Shown: positions 39,908-49,591 of the stretch, piece after piece
Numbering within the stretch: the first letter of the stretch is position 1
Layout: each line of letters begins with the position of its first letter
NCBI GenBank assembly: GCA_046292385.1
Contig: JBKBRF010000023.1
Location: 32,001-96,000, forward strand
DNA from: Armatimonadota bacterium
GTDB taxonomy: Bacteria; Armatimonadota; SYMT01
Direction: 5' to 3'
Length of the DNA stretch: 64,000 nucleotides
The notes under the pieces: model-generated
The model's input: only the letters and a program-made list of their open reading frames with translations
Database searches by the model: none
What the model was told of the DNA's origin: nothing
Translations under genes and position numbers: made by a program

Positions 39908-40480
39908 ATGACGACCATGGACGCCGCCATCACCGAATGCACCGCGGACGACGAGGCGATGCGGCTCGTCGCGGCCGGGGACAGCCAGGCGCTCGCGATG
40001 CTGTTCGAGCGTCACAAGACCCGGCTCTTCGGGTACCTCTGCCACGTCACGGGAGACCGGTCGCTGGCGGAAGACCTGCTGAGCGACGTCTTCCTGCGGG
40101 TCTACCGGGCGCGGGGCACGTACCGCCCCGGCAGCGGATTCGCGCCGTGGCTCTACCGGATCGCGCGCAACCTGGCGATCGGAGAGCTGCGCCGGCGCTC
40201 CACCTTCCGGAAAGTCTGGGACCGGCTGGTGCGGGAAGCGCGCACCGCCCCGACCGATCCGTGGGAGCCGTTCCGCGGGGAGGTGAAGGAGCAGGTGCAG
40301 GCGGCGCTCTCCCTCCTGCCGGAGGAGCAGCGCTCCGCGCTGGTGCTGAAGGAGTATGCCGACCTGAGCTACCGTGAAGTGGCGGAGGTGCTGGGCTGCA
40401 CCGAAGAGGCGGCCCGGGCGCGCGCCTACCGGGCGCGGATGAGCCTCCGGGAGTCGCTGCGCGAGTATGTCGATGCGTGA
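39908..40480 (+). CDS. ECF sigma-70 factor
   Basis: AEDLLSDVFLRVY, WLYRIARN, and region 4 LSYREVAEVLG. Confidence 0.9.
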   Translation: MTTMDAAITECTADDEAMRLVAAGDSQALAMLFERHKTRLFGYLCHVTGDRSLAEDLLSDVFLRVYRARGTYRPGSGFAPWLYRIARNLAIGELRRRSTFRKVWDRLVREARTAPTDPWEPFRGEVKEQVQAALSLLPEEQRSALVLKEYADLSYREVAEVLGCTEEAARARAYRARMSLRESLREYVDA

Positions 40481-40508
40481 ACGCGTCGGGAGCTAGGAAT
40501 TCGGGAGT

Positions 40509-40991
40509 ATGCAGTATTCGGATCGATCCCTGACTTGCGCCGACGCCGCTCCCCTGCTGCCGGCCCTCGGCGACCTGCCGGAAGCCCGCCGTCGGGAAGT
40601 CGTCCTGCATCTCGAGTCGTGCGTCTCCTGCGCGGCGGAGGCGCGGGCCTACCGGGCCGTCGACGCGCTGGTCCGCGACGACCCGTTCCCGGGCGTGCCG
40701 CTGCCGAGCGGGCGGAGCGTGGTGACCGGAATCCTGGAGCAGGAGGCGGCGCGCGCCCGGCCGTCGTGGAGCCGGTGGGCCTGGGCGCCCGCGGCGGCAG
40801 TGGCGGCCTCACTGATCTTCGTCGCCGCGCGCCCGGAGCCGGCGCCGACCCCTGTGCCGGCCCCTGCGGTCGAGGTGGAGCCGCTGCCCGTGCTGCGCAT
40901 CGTGGACGACGAGCAGGGGCGCAGCGTGTGGCTCTCCTCCCCCACCGCGGCCGACGCGGGCGACCGCGAGCGAGCGGACCGCAAGCTGTGA
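40509..40991 (+). CDS. Anti-sigma factor (zf-HC2/ZAS)
   Basis: HLESCVSC (HxxxCxxC), a single TM helix, and position downstream of the ECF sigma gene. Confidence 0.8.
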   Translation: MQYSDRSLTCADAAPLLPALGDLPEARRREVVLHLESCVSCAAEARAYRAVDALVRDDPFPGVPLPSGRSVVTGILEQEAARARPSWSRWAWAPAAAVAASLIFVAARPEPAPTPVPAPAVEVEPLPVLRIVDDEQGRSVWLSSPTAADAGDRERADRKL

Positions 40992-41896
40992 TGCGCCTGT
41001 TCCGCGCATCGGTAGCTGCCCTGGCGTTTGCTCTCGCTGGAGCGCTCGGGCTGTCCCCCAGCTCCGCGGCGGCGCAGGAAGCGGTATCCGACGGGCTGCG
41101 GATCCGGGTGGTGGAGCTGGCGCAGAGCGTCGACCTCTCCCGCGGCAAGGAGCGGTTCCTCACCGTGACGGTCGAGCTTTCCGCCGCCGACCCGGTGCGC
41201 CTCCGGCGCGTGCAGCCGCTGCGGGACGACTTTACGGTGCTGGCGGGTAAGGCGATGCTCCCCTGCCGCTGGCTTCGCGGCGGCTCCCTACCGGAAGATC
41301 CTACCCGGCTGCGCTTCACCCTCGGCTTCTCCCTTCCGCCGCCGGGCACCGCTCGCGTCGCCCTGCAGGCGAACCTGCCGCGCCTGGACGGCGGCGAGGC
41401 GCTCGAGCTGCGGCTGGACGATCTCTCCGCCGGCCAGACCCGGAAAGGCCCGGGCTGGACACTCACGGTTCAGGCCTTCTCCCCCGAGAGCTACGATCCA
41501 CCCGCCGTGCCGCCGAAGGGCACGTTCATCTCCAAGCTCGGCCCGGTCGACGCGCGCGTCTTTCGGAAGCAGAGTCCCAAAGCCGGTGAGCCGGACCGCG
41601 CCGTGCTGCTGCGGATCCACTCGGAAGACACCGCGCTCTACGACCCGATCCTCGACGTCTCCGGGAATCTGCTGGTCGACGGCCGGCCGGGCCCCGCGCT
41701 CCTCTCCGCGCGGATGCTGCGGGAGCCCTCTCGCACCGTGGAGAAGCCGCCGGCCGGCCCGTTCGTCCGCGGCGAGTTCTACTTCCCTGTCCCCGCGAAG
41801 GGGCGGCCCACCGGAGCGGTGATCCGTCTCCACCGCCGCGGCGCCGGCACCGAAAAGCCGGTGCTCCTGCGCGACCTGCCGGTGCCGAGTGTCTGA
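40991..41896 (+). CDS. Secreted hypothetical protein
   Basis: Signal peptide ending AAA-Q and a TGATG overlap with the anti-sigma gene. Confidence 0.7.
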   Translation: MRLFRASVAALAFALAGALGLSPSSAAAQEAVSDGLRIRVVELAQSVDLSRGKERFLTVTVELSAADPVRLRRVQPLRDDFTVLAGKAMLPCRWLRGGSLPEDPTRLRFTLGFSLPPPGTARVALQANLPRLDGGEALELRLDDLSAGQTRKGPGWTLTVQAFSPESYDPPAVPPKGTFISKLGPVDARVFRKQSPKAGEPDRAVLLRIHSEDTALYDPILDVSGNLLVDGRPGPALLSARMLREPSRTVEKPPAGPFVRGEFYFPVPAKGRPTGAVIRLHRRGAGTEKPVLLRDLPVPSV

Positions 41897-41991
41897 GCTA
41901 CCGTTTGAACGGTTGCAATCGACGGCGACGCCTACTATGGAGGGTGGGAGAGCTGGCGACGCGTTGGCTGCGGCGCCGGCGGGGGAGTTGA

Positions 41992-42462
41992 ATGGAAGTG
42001 CGCGGTTCCTGGGACTGCGGGTGCGGCCGTCGCAATCATGGGCTTCGGGAGAGCTGCGTCGCTTGCGGCTCTTCGCGCGCCAGCGGGCTCGACGTCTACG
42101 ACTACCGCTCCAGCAGCGCTTCCACCCCCCGGGCACAGCGGCGCGGCCTTAGCTTCCGGGACTATCTCTCGCTCGCGGTCATCGCGGCAGCGCTGGGTGG
42201 TTACGCCTACTTAACGGCCGGTGCCGAGCTCCCCGGGCAGGCGCAGGGCTCCTACCTGCGCCACGTGGCCACGGTCCGCCATGGAATGTCGGACGCGCAG
42301 GTGCGCGACCTCTGCGGTCCGCCGGACGAGATCCGCATCCGCCCCTCGGCCCAGCTTCCGATTGCCACCTCGGCCCGCCGCATCGAAGTGTGGAGCTACG
42401 ACAACGGCGGAGCGCTCCTCACCTTCGGTGATGGCGAGCTGATCGCCATCCGCCGGAATTAA
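41992..42462 (+). CDS. Membrane protein with RanBP2-like Zn finger and SmpA/OmlA-like C-terminus
   Basis: WDCGCG..N....CVACG, a TM helix, and GMSDAQVRDLCGPPD...EVWSY. Confidence 0.6.
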   Translation: MEVRGSWDCGCGRRNHGLRESCVACGSSRASGLDVYDYRSSSASTPRAQRRGLSFRDYLSLAVIAAALGGYAYLTAGAELPGQAQGSYLRHVATVRHGMSDAQVRDLCGPPDEIRIRPSAQLPIATSARRIEVWSYDNGGALLTFGDGELIAIRRN

Positions 42463-42735
42463 AGGCAGCCCTCTCCCACCGCAGCGGGCAGTTAGCTGCG
42501 CTCCTCTGTGGCACGTGCGGGAGACGCGTCCCTGGCACGCCCAAAGTCGCAGAATTTCGCAATAAATCGCCTCCTGCCGCCCCGTAACTAACCTGCCGGT
42601 GCCGGCGTTCTATGTGTGAGAGGCCGCAACCCGGTTTCTCTCCCCACTTCGAGGCGAACCTCTTCGCCAGCTGCGTCGTCAATCTGCTGGTTGCTTGCCG
42701 TCCGAGCACAGGCCGCTCCTCACCCGTCAACCAAG

Positions 42736-44442
42736 ATGGATCTCTTCACCGGCGCACCCTCCCTGCACCAGGCGCTCGTCGCCAGCGGTTTACTCTCGGC
42801 CGACGCCCTCGCGGCGGCGCTCGCGGAGCAGCGCACCTCCGGCAAGCGGCTGGTGGAAGTCCTCCTCTCGCGCGGACTCGTGGCGGAACGGCCGCTCATG
42901 CAGGCGCTGGCGGAGATGCTCGGGCTGGAGCTGGTCAGCCTGGCGGGAGAAGAGGTGCCCTCCGCCGTGCTGGGCAAGGTGCCGAGCGAGCTGGCCCTGA
43001 GCCGGCAGGTACTGCCGGTGAGTGCCGACGTGACGACGCTGACGGTCGCCGTCGCCGACCCGCTCGACCTGGCGACCCAGGACGACCTCCAGATGCTCAC
43101 CGGCCTGGCGATCCGGCCGGTGCTGGCGACGCCGTCCGAGATCCGCCGCGCGACCGAGCGGTTCTATATGGCGCGGATGCTGCAGGACGCGGAGGCGGAC
43201 GAGACGCAGGAGGGGCGTGGCGGCGACGAGGCGCTCGACGTGGCCGATCTCCAGAAGATGGCGCAGGAAGAGCTGATCATCCAGCTCGTCAACCTGCTCA
43301 TCAACCAGGCGATCCAGGACCGCGCCAGCGACATCCACATCGAGCCGTTCGAGCGGGAGCTGCGGGTGCGGTACCGGATCGACGGCATCCTGCACGAGGC
43401 CTCCTCCCCGCCGAAGCGGCTGCACCCGGCGATCGTGTCCCGCATCAAGATCCTGAGCGACATGGACATCGCCGAGCGCCGCCTGCCGCAGGACGGCCGG
43501 ATGCGGATCCAGTCGGCCGGCCGCCAGATCGATCTGCGCGTCTCCACGGTGCCGTCGCTCTACGGCGAGAGCGTGGTGATGCGTATTCTCGACCGCTCCG
43601 CTGCGGTGCTCTCGCTGGAGGAGATCGGGATGCGCTCCGACGCGCTCTCCCGCTTCCGGTCGCTCATCCGCTCCCCGCACGGCATCATCCTGGTGACCGG
43701 CCCGACCGGCTCCGGTAAGACGACCACGCTCTATTCCGGCCTGACGGAGATCTATTCCGAAGAGCGGAAGATCATCACGATCGAGGACCCGGTGGAGTAC
43801 CGGCTGCACGGCATCACCCAGATCCAGGTCCATCCGCAGATCGGCCTCACCTTCGCCGGCGGACTCCGCTCGATCGTGCGGCAGGACCCCGACGTGATCA
43901 TGGTCGGCGAGATCCGGGACGGCGAGACGGCCGACATCGCGATCCACGCGGCGCTCACCGGACACCTGGTCCTTTCCACCCTCCACACCAACGACGCCGC
44001 GGGTGCCGTGAGCCGTCTTCTGGACATGGGAGCGGAGCCGTTCCTGGTCGCCTCCTCGCTGATCGGGAGCCTGGCGCAGCGGCTGGTGCGCGTGATCTGC
44101 CCCGCTTGCCGCGTTCCGGTCCCGGAGGGGCACGAGATGTGGAGTCAGGCGGCACTCTTCGGCGGCGAGCTGGCGCGGGGACCGCTCTACTACGGCCCCG
44201 GCTGCGTGGAGTGCCGCGGCCTCGGCTACCGCGGCCGCACCGGGATCTTCGAGCTTCTGCCGGTTGATGAAGAGGTGCACCAGATGATCATGCGCCACGC
44301 CTCCGCCGGAGAGATCCGCGCTCACGCGATGCGCCACGGAATGACGACGCTCCTCGGCGACGCGCGGCGCAAGGTGCTCGCCGGAGAGACCCCCGTCAGC
44401 GAGCTCCTCCGCGTCTGCCAGCGGGAAAGCGACAGCGACTAG
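42736..44442 (+). CDS. gspE: Type II secretion ATPase GspE/PulE
   Basis: ASDIHIEP, GPTGSGKTTT, TIEDPVE, RQDPDVIMVGEIRD and two CxxC motifs. Confidence 0.93.
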   Translation: MDLFTGAPSLHQALVASGLLSADALAAALAEQRTSGKRLVEVLLSRGLVAERPLMQALAEMLGLELVSLAGEEVPSAVLGKVPSELALSRQVLPVSADVTTLTVAVADPLDLATQDDLQMLTGLAIRPVLATPSEIRRATERFYMARMLQDAEADETQEGRGGDEALDVADLQKMAQEELIIQLVNLLINQAIQDRASDIHIEPFERELRVRYRIDGILHEASSPPKRLHPAIVSRIKILSDMDIAERRLPQDGRMRIQSAGRQIDLRVSTVPSLYGESVVMRILDRSAAVLSLEEIGMRSDALSRFRSLIRSPHGIILVTGPTGSGKTTTLYSGLTEIYSEERKIITIEDPVEYRLHGITQIQVHPQIGLTFAGGLRSIVRQDPDVIMVGEIRDGETADIAIHAALTGHLVLSTLHTNDAAGAVSRLLDMGAEPFLVASSLIGSLAQRLVRVICPACRVPVPEGHEMWSQAALFGGELARGPLYYGPGCVECRGLGYRGRTGIFELLPVDEEVHQMIMRHASAGEIRAHAMRHGMTTLLGDARRKVLAGETPVSELLRVCQRESDSD

Positions 44443-44563
44443 TTTCAGGTTCCAGGTTCCAGGTTGCAGATCGCTGGCGCGCGGGAGAGGGACGAGCTCC
44501 ACGCAAGGCTATCCCCGTAGCCACAGACCTAGACCCTATCCCCTAAACCCTAGACCCTAAGAA

Positions 44564-45811
44564 ATGCCGCAGTTCAACTACCGAGCGCTCGATAAGGCTG
44601 GAGCCACCGTCTCCGGCGTCATCCAGGCGGAAAGCCCCGAGGCGGGTGCCGACCGCGTGCGCCAGCTCGGCCTGTTTCCGATGGCGGTGACGGCGACGGC
44701 GGCGGTACGGGACGCAGGCCGGGAAGCGCCCCGCGCGGCCGGGGAGCGGGGAAAGGCGGTCACTGGCGACCTGCGGCGGGTCGGCCGTATGGAGATCGTG
44801 CTCTTCACGCGCCAGCTGGCCGACCTGGTGAGCGCCGGGCTGCCACTCGACCGTGCCCTGACCGTGCTGACCCGGCAGACCGACTCCTCGGGGCTGCGGC
44901 AGCGGCTCCTCAAGGTCCAGGAAGAGGTCCGCGCCGGCCGCTCCCTCTCGGAAGGGCTCTCCGCCTTCCCGCGGGAGTTCCCGCGGCTCTACATCAACAT
45001 GGTCCGGGCGGGTGAGGCGACCGGTCAGCTCGGCGCGGTGCTGGAGCGGCTGGCCGGCTACCTGGAGCGGGAGGCGACCCGGCGCGCCCAGCTCATCTCC
45101 GCCCTCACTTACCCGGGCGTGTTGATCGGTGTCGCGTTCTCCGCGGTCGGCTTTCTCCTGGCGTTCGTGATTCCGCGGCTCTCCACCGTCTTCGAAGAGC
45201 TGGACCGCGCCCTGCCGCTGCCGACGCAGATCCTGCTGGGGCTGGTCGGCTTCCTCACCGGCTACTGGTGGCAGCTCCTCCTCGGGCTGGCGCTGGCGGT
45301 CTTCGCCATCCGGCAGGCGATCTCCACCCCCGCGGGCGGGCTGGCGTGGGACTCCGGCAAGCTGCGGGTCCCGATCGTGGGCAAGCTGTTGAACCGGGTC
45401 ATCTCCGCCCGCTTCGTCCGCTCACTCGGGACGATGCTGGCGGGAGGCGTGCCGATCCTCGACTCGCTGGAGATCGCCCGCGAGGCGGTCGGCAACGCCG
45501 CCGCCACCCGCGCCGCGGACGCGGTGCGCGAGTCGATCCGCCAGGGGAAGAGCCTGGCCGAGGCGCTCGAGGAGAGCGATCAGTTCCTCCCGGTGGTGGT
45601 CCACATGGCCGCGGTCGGCGAGGAGACCGGACGGCTGCCGGCGATGCTGATCCGCACCGCGGAGAGCCTCGACTTCGAGATCGACAGCCAGATCCGCCGC
45701 CTGGTGACGCTGATCGAGCCGGTGATCGTGCTGCTGATGGGGGCCTTCGTCGGCTTCATCGTGCTCTCGATCCTGCTCCCGATCTTCGAGGCCAACGTGG
45801 CCGTGCAATAG
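44564..45811 (+). CDS. gspF: Type II secretion inner membrane protein F
   Basis: FTRQLA..AGLPL, AGEATGQL, YP and VGEETGRL motifs. Confidence 0.93.
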   Translation: MPQFNYRALDKAGATVSGVIQAESPEAGADRVRQLGLFPMAVTATAAVRDAGREAPRAAGERGKAVTGDLRRVGRMEIVLFTRQLADLVSAGLPLDRALTVLTRQTDSSGLRQRLLKVQEEVRAGRSLSEGLSAFPREFPRLYINMVRAGEATGQLGAVLERLAGYLEREATRRAQLISALTYPGVLIGVAFSAVGFLLAFVIPRLSTVFEELDRALPLPTQILLGLVGFLTGYWWQLLLGLALAVFAIRQAISTPAGGLAWDSGKLRVPIVGKLLNRVISARFVRSLGTMLAGGVPILDSLEIAREAVGNAAATRAADAVRESIRQGKSLAEALEESDQFLPVVVHMAAVGEETGRLPAMLIRTAESLDFEIDSQIRRLVTLIEPVIVLLMGAFVGFIVLSILLPIFEANVAVQ

Positions 45812-45911
45812 AAGCGACCGTTCCTGCCGGAGCAGTGACCCCGCCTCCGGCTCACTCATCTAATCAGAGGGGACGCGAGCGTCCCACGGGATCGATGGAA
45901 GGACTGCAGCC

Positions 45912-46355
45912 ATGCTACGCCTGCGCAACCGGAGCCTCGCCCGCGGCTTTACACTGATCGAGCTGCTGGTGGTGATCGTCATTCTCGGCATTCTGGCGGC
46001 CGTGATCATTCCGAACGTCGTCGGTAAGACGGAGGACGCCCGCGTGGCGAAGGCGCGCGCCGACATCGAGAGCCTCGGCACGGCGCTCGACATGTACAAA
46101 GTCGAGAACGGCCGGTTCCCCACCACGGAGCAGGGCCTGCAGGCGCTGCGGGAGCGACCGACCACCCCGCCGCTGCCGCGCTCCTGGAACGAGCCGTTCC
46201 TGAAGAAGCCGCTCCCGGCGGACCCGTGGGGCCAGCAGTACCTCTACCGCTCCCCCGGCGAGCATGACTTGGTCGGATACGACCTCTACTCGCTCGGCGC
46301 CGACGGGCGCGAAGGCGGCAGCGGCGCCGACGCGGACATCACCAACTGGAACTAA
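45912..46355 (+). CDS. gspG: Major pseudopilin GspG
   Basis: G|FTLIELLVV, PTTEQGLQAL, DPWG and SLGADG motifs. Confidence 0.95.
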   Translation: MLRLRNRSLARGFTLIELLVVIVILGILAAVIIPNVVGKTEDARVAKARADIESLGTALDMYKVENGRFPTTEQGLQALRERPTTPPLPRSWNEPFLKKPLPADPWGQQYLYRSPGEHDLVGYDLYSLGADGREGGSGADADITNWN

Positions 46356-46372
46356 GCTCGTTAACGCCCACC

Positions 46373-46423
46373 CGCCTCGGACTGAAGTCGAGGCTACTGA
46401 GAGCGAAGCCCGCTGCGCGGGCT
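46373..46423 (+). repeat. REP-like bipartite palindrome
   Basis: Same family as 25419-25474, located between gspG and gspH. Confidence 0.8.
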
Positions 46424-46491
46424 AAGTGCCCCGTGTGCAGCAGGCGACTCCCGATTCCAGATCTCTCATCTCTCTTCTCCCCTCTTCCATC

Positions 46492-47001
46492 TTGAAACGC
46501 GCTTTCACCCTGGTCGAGCTGATTATCGTGCTGGCACTGCTGGTGCTGGCGACCTCCGCGGTGGTGCCGAGTTTCGTGCGGTTCCATCAGCAGGAGCAGC
46601 TCGGCCACGCCGCGCGGCGGGTGATTTCGATGGCGGGGGAGGCGCGGGGGCTGGCGCTCTCGCGCGGGGCGGTGGCGGCGCTGGCGTATGATCCGCAGGC
46701 CCGGGAGCTGGCACTGGTGGTGGAGCCGAACGAGACGGAGCCGGACCCGGCGCTGGACGGCGAGGCGCCGCTCCCGGCGCCGGAGCCGCCCTCGCCGGAC
46801 GCGCGGCTGCTCCGGTTTCCGCCGGAGGTGCGGCTGGAGATCGAGAACCGGGACGGCCCGGAGACGCTGTCGCTCCGGTTCTATCCCGACGGCCGGGCCG
46901 ACCTCGGCCGGATCGCCATCTTCCGGGAAGAGCTGCGGCCGATCCGGCTGGCGGTCAATCCGCGGACGGGCCGGATGGCGGTCGTGGAGGAGCAGCCGTG
47001 A
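46492..47001 (+). CDS. gspH: Minor pseudopilin GspH (start may be 46426)
   Basis: KRA|FTLVELIIV and RFYPDG motifs, plus gene order. Confidence 0.8.
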   Translation: MKRAFTLVELIIVLALLVLATSAVVPSFVRFHQQEQLGHAARRVISMAGEARGLALSRGAVAALAYDPQARELALVVEPNETEPDPALDGEAPLPAPEPPSPDARLLRFPPEVRLEIENRDGPETLSLRFYPDGRADLGRIAIFREELRPIRLAVNPRTGRMAVVEEQP

Positions 47002-47357
47002 AGAGCCGGCGGGGCGCTTCTCTGGTCGAGGCGATGGTGGCGGTGGTGCTGCTGGCGGTCGGCATCTCCGCGAGCGTCGCCTGCATCGGCACGGCGACCG
47101 AGGCTTCCGGGCGGTCGGAAGAGTACACCGCCGTGCAGCTGCTGGCGCGGGAGAAGCTGAGTGAGCTGGAGTTGCAGCCGGTGCAGGTCGGGCCGCAGCA
47201 GGGCGACTTCGGCGAGCAGCGCCCGGGCTACCGTTGGGAGACCTTGACCGAGGAGACCGAGACGCCGGGCCTTAACCGCGTGCGGCTCCGCATCCTCTGG
47301 GGTGACCCGGAGCGGCCGAAACAGGAAGAGTTCCTCACCTTCACCCGCAGCCGGTAG
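46998..47357 (+). CDS. gspI: Minor pseudopilin GspI
   Basis: RRG|ASLVEAMVA and G.F....YRW motifs. Confidence 0.8.
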   Translation: MKSRRGASLVEAMVAVVLLAVGISASVACIGTATEASGRSEEYTAVQLLAREKLSELELQPVQVGPQQGDFGEQRPGYRWETLTEETETPGLNRVRLRILWGDPERPKQEEFLTFTRSR

Positions 47358-47400
47358 TCACCGCTCCCGATCACCCCTTCGATCTTCGCCCTCCACTCCG

Positions 47401-48225
47401 ATGCAGCACCGCCGCCGACAGCGCCAGAACGGCTTCACGCTCCTCGAGTCGCTCGTGGCGCTCGTGCTCGCCGGCATTATCACGGCGGGGGTGGCGCTGG
47501 CGCTCCGGACGGGGCTGGACGCCTCCGCCCGCATCCAGGAGCGCGCCGACTCCCACGCGGAGGCGCGCGCGGTGCTGGAAGAGCTGCGGGCCGACCTGAC
47601 CGCCGCCTACCTTTCCGGCGCCAACACCCAGCGCACGCAGTTCGTGGCGCTGCCTCCGGAGTCGGCAGCCGCGGGAGAGCCGTTCCTTTCCTTCAGCACG
47701 CTCAGCTATCGGAGCAGCCATGGCCCGGGCGCGCGACCGCCGCGGCAGGATGCGGTGCTGGTGGAGTACCGCCTGGAGGCGCCGCCTCGCCCCGCGGCCG
47801 AAGAGGACGGCCGGCAGGTGTTGATCCGTCGGGAGACCTGGCCGACCGAGCGCGGCGAAGGGCGGCGGGACGTGGTGTGCGACCGCGTCGCCGGGCTGCG
47901 CCTGCGCTACTTCGACGGCACCGAGTTCCAGGAAGGGTGGTCCGCCGACCCGGAAGCCGACCCGCCGCTGACCGTGGAAGAGGGCGAGAGCTATCCGGAG
48001 CCGTCCGCCCGGGAGCTCCCGCGGGCGGTGGAGATCACGCTGCTGCTCCACAGCAGCGGAACCGCGGACGCACCCCGGCCGCCCCGGACCTACCGCACGG
48101 TGGTGTCGCTCGGCGCCCAGGCGGCCCTGCCGTTCGAGACCGAGGTCATCCCCCCACCGGAGCCGGCCGGCGAGACGCCGCAGCCGGGTCCGGTGGTCCC
48201 TCCGGGAGGCGAGAATGGCGAGTAG
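47401..48225 (+). CDS. gspJ: Minor pseudopilin GspJ
   Basis: NG|FTLLESLVA, LRYFDG..W and LPRAVEITL motifs. Confidence 0.85.
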   Translation: MQHRRRQRQNGFTLLESLVALVLAGIITAGVALALRTGLDASARIQERADSHAEARAVLEELRADLTAAYLSGANTQRTQFVALPPESAAAGEPFLSFSTLSYRSSHGPGARPPRQDAVLVEYRLEAPPRPAAEEDGRQVLIRRETWPTERGEGRRDVVCDRVAGLRLRYFDGTEFQEGWSADPEADPPLTVEEGESYPEPSARELPRAVEITLLLHSSGTADAPRPPRTYRTVVSLGAQAALPFETEVIPPPEPAGETPQPGPVVPPGGENGE

Positions 48226-49591
48226 CCGCCGCACACGCCGGGGACAGGCGCTGGTGGTCGCCATCCTCGCGCTCACCATCCTCGTCACCGCCGCAATCGC
48301 GCTCTCCGGCGTCGCCCGCATGGAGGTGCGCGCTGCCCGCCGGGGAGTCGACGCCGTCCGCCGCGAGGCGCTGCTGCGCGGGGCGGTGAGCCGCGGCATC
48401 GCGCTGCTCGACCAGGGCCGCACCGACTCCGCGGCGCTGCTCGACGCCCTGCGCCGCTACCGCGAGCTTCGCTGGGAGCCGGTGCCGGAGCTTTCCGGGC
48501 CGGACCAGCCCCCGCTGCAGGTGGCGCTTCAGCTGGTCGACACCTGCTCCCGGCTCAACGTGAACACCGCCGACCGGGAGACGCTGGAGCGGCTGGAGGC
48601 GGTGGACAAGGACACCGTCAGCGAGATTCTCGCCTGGCGCGAGGAGGATCGCGGCGACGATGACGAGACCTACTCCGGCACGCCGCGGCCTTACGACCCT
48701 AAGGACCGCCCGTTCGACACCGTCGAAGAGCTGCTCATGGTGCGCGGCGTCGAGCCGCCGCTCTTCTACGGACCGCCTACCGTCGCCGAGGCTCGCTCGC
48801 TGCGATATCCGCCGCTCACCGAGCTCCTCACGACCTTCTCCGGCGACAACAATACCGATCCGGAGGGCCACCCGCGCGCGGACCTGAATCGCGCCTCCGC
48901 GGAAGAGCTGATCGAGGCGGCGAATCGCGGGGGCAACCTCGTCACCCGGCGCCTGGCGGAGACGATCGTCCAGCGAAGGGAAGAGCGCGAGCGGCAGCGG
49001 CGCCCGCCGTTCCGCTCGGTGCTGGAAGCGGTCGTCGAGGCGATGGGGAACGGAGGCGATAACTCGCAGTTTTTCGACCCGTCTGTAAAGGAAGAGGACG
49101 CGGTCGAACGGATCCTCTATGCCTGGACCGCGGATCGGCGGTCGTTCGCGGCCGGCAAGGTGAACCTCAACACCGCGCCGCCGCTGGTGCTGCGGACGCT
49201 GGGATGGTCCGACACGCAGCTCCAGGCCCTGATGGAGAAGCGGCGGGAGCGACCGGACGGGTTCCGCTGGGTCGACCTGATCGAAATGGTGCTCAGTCCG
49301 ATGGGCCTCGGGGGAAATCCGGGGGACGACGCGAACTCCCGGATGCTCCAGCGGATCGAGCGCGCCGTGTCGGTCCGGTCCTCCACCTATCTGGTCCGCT
49401 GCCTGGTGCGCGACCCCCAGACCGGCCGGGTGGACGCGGTGGCGGCGACCGTTTACTGGCCGGCCTCTCCGGACGAGGCGGCACAGATCGTTCAGTGGCG
49501 CGAGCCGGACCGGTACCCCGGCTGGAGCGCGTGGTACCGGGTTCCCGGTGAGGAAGAGGGAGCGACGAGTGATCGCAACGGCAGGCAGTAA
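48215..49591 (+). CDS. gspK: Minor pseudopilin GspK
   Basis: RRG|QALVV, RLNVNTA and FDTVEELLMVRGV motifs. Confidence 0.85.
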   Translation: MASSRRTRRGQALVVAILALTILVTAAIALSGVARMEVRAARRGVDAVRREALLRGAVSRGIALLDQGRTDSAALLDALRRYRELRWEPVPELSGPDQPPLQVALQLVDTCSRLNVNTADRETLERLEAVDKDTVSEILAWREEDRGDDDETYSGTPRPYDPKDRPFDTVEELLMVRGVEPPLFYGPPTVAEARSLRYPPLTELLTTFSGDNNTDPEGHPRADLNRASAEELIEAANRGGNLVTRRLAETIVQRREERERQRRPPFRSVLEAVVEAMGNGGDNSQFFDPSVKEEDAVERILYAWTADRRSFAAGKVNLNTAPPLVLRTLGWSDTQLQALMEKRRERPDGFRWVDLIEMVLSPMGLGGNPGDDANSRMLQRIERAVSVRSSTYLVRCLVRDPQTGRVDAVAATVYWPASPDEAAQIVQWREPDRYPGWSAWYRVPGEEEGATSDRNGRQ

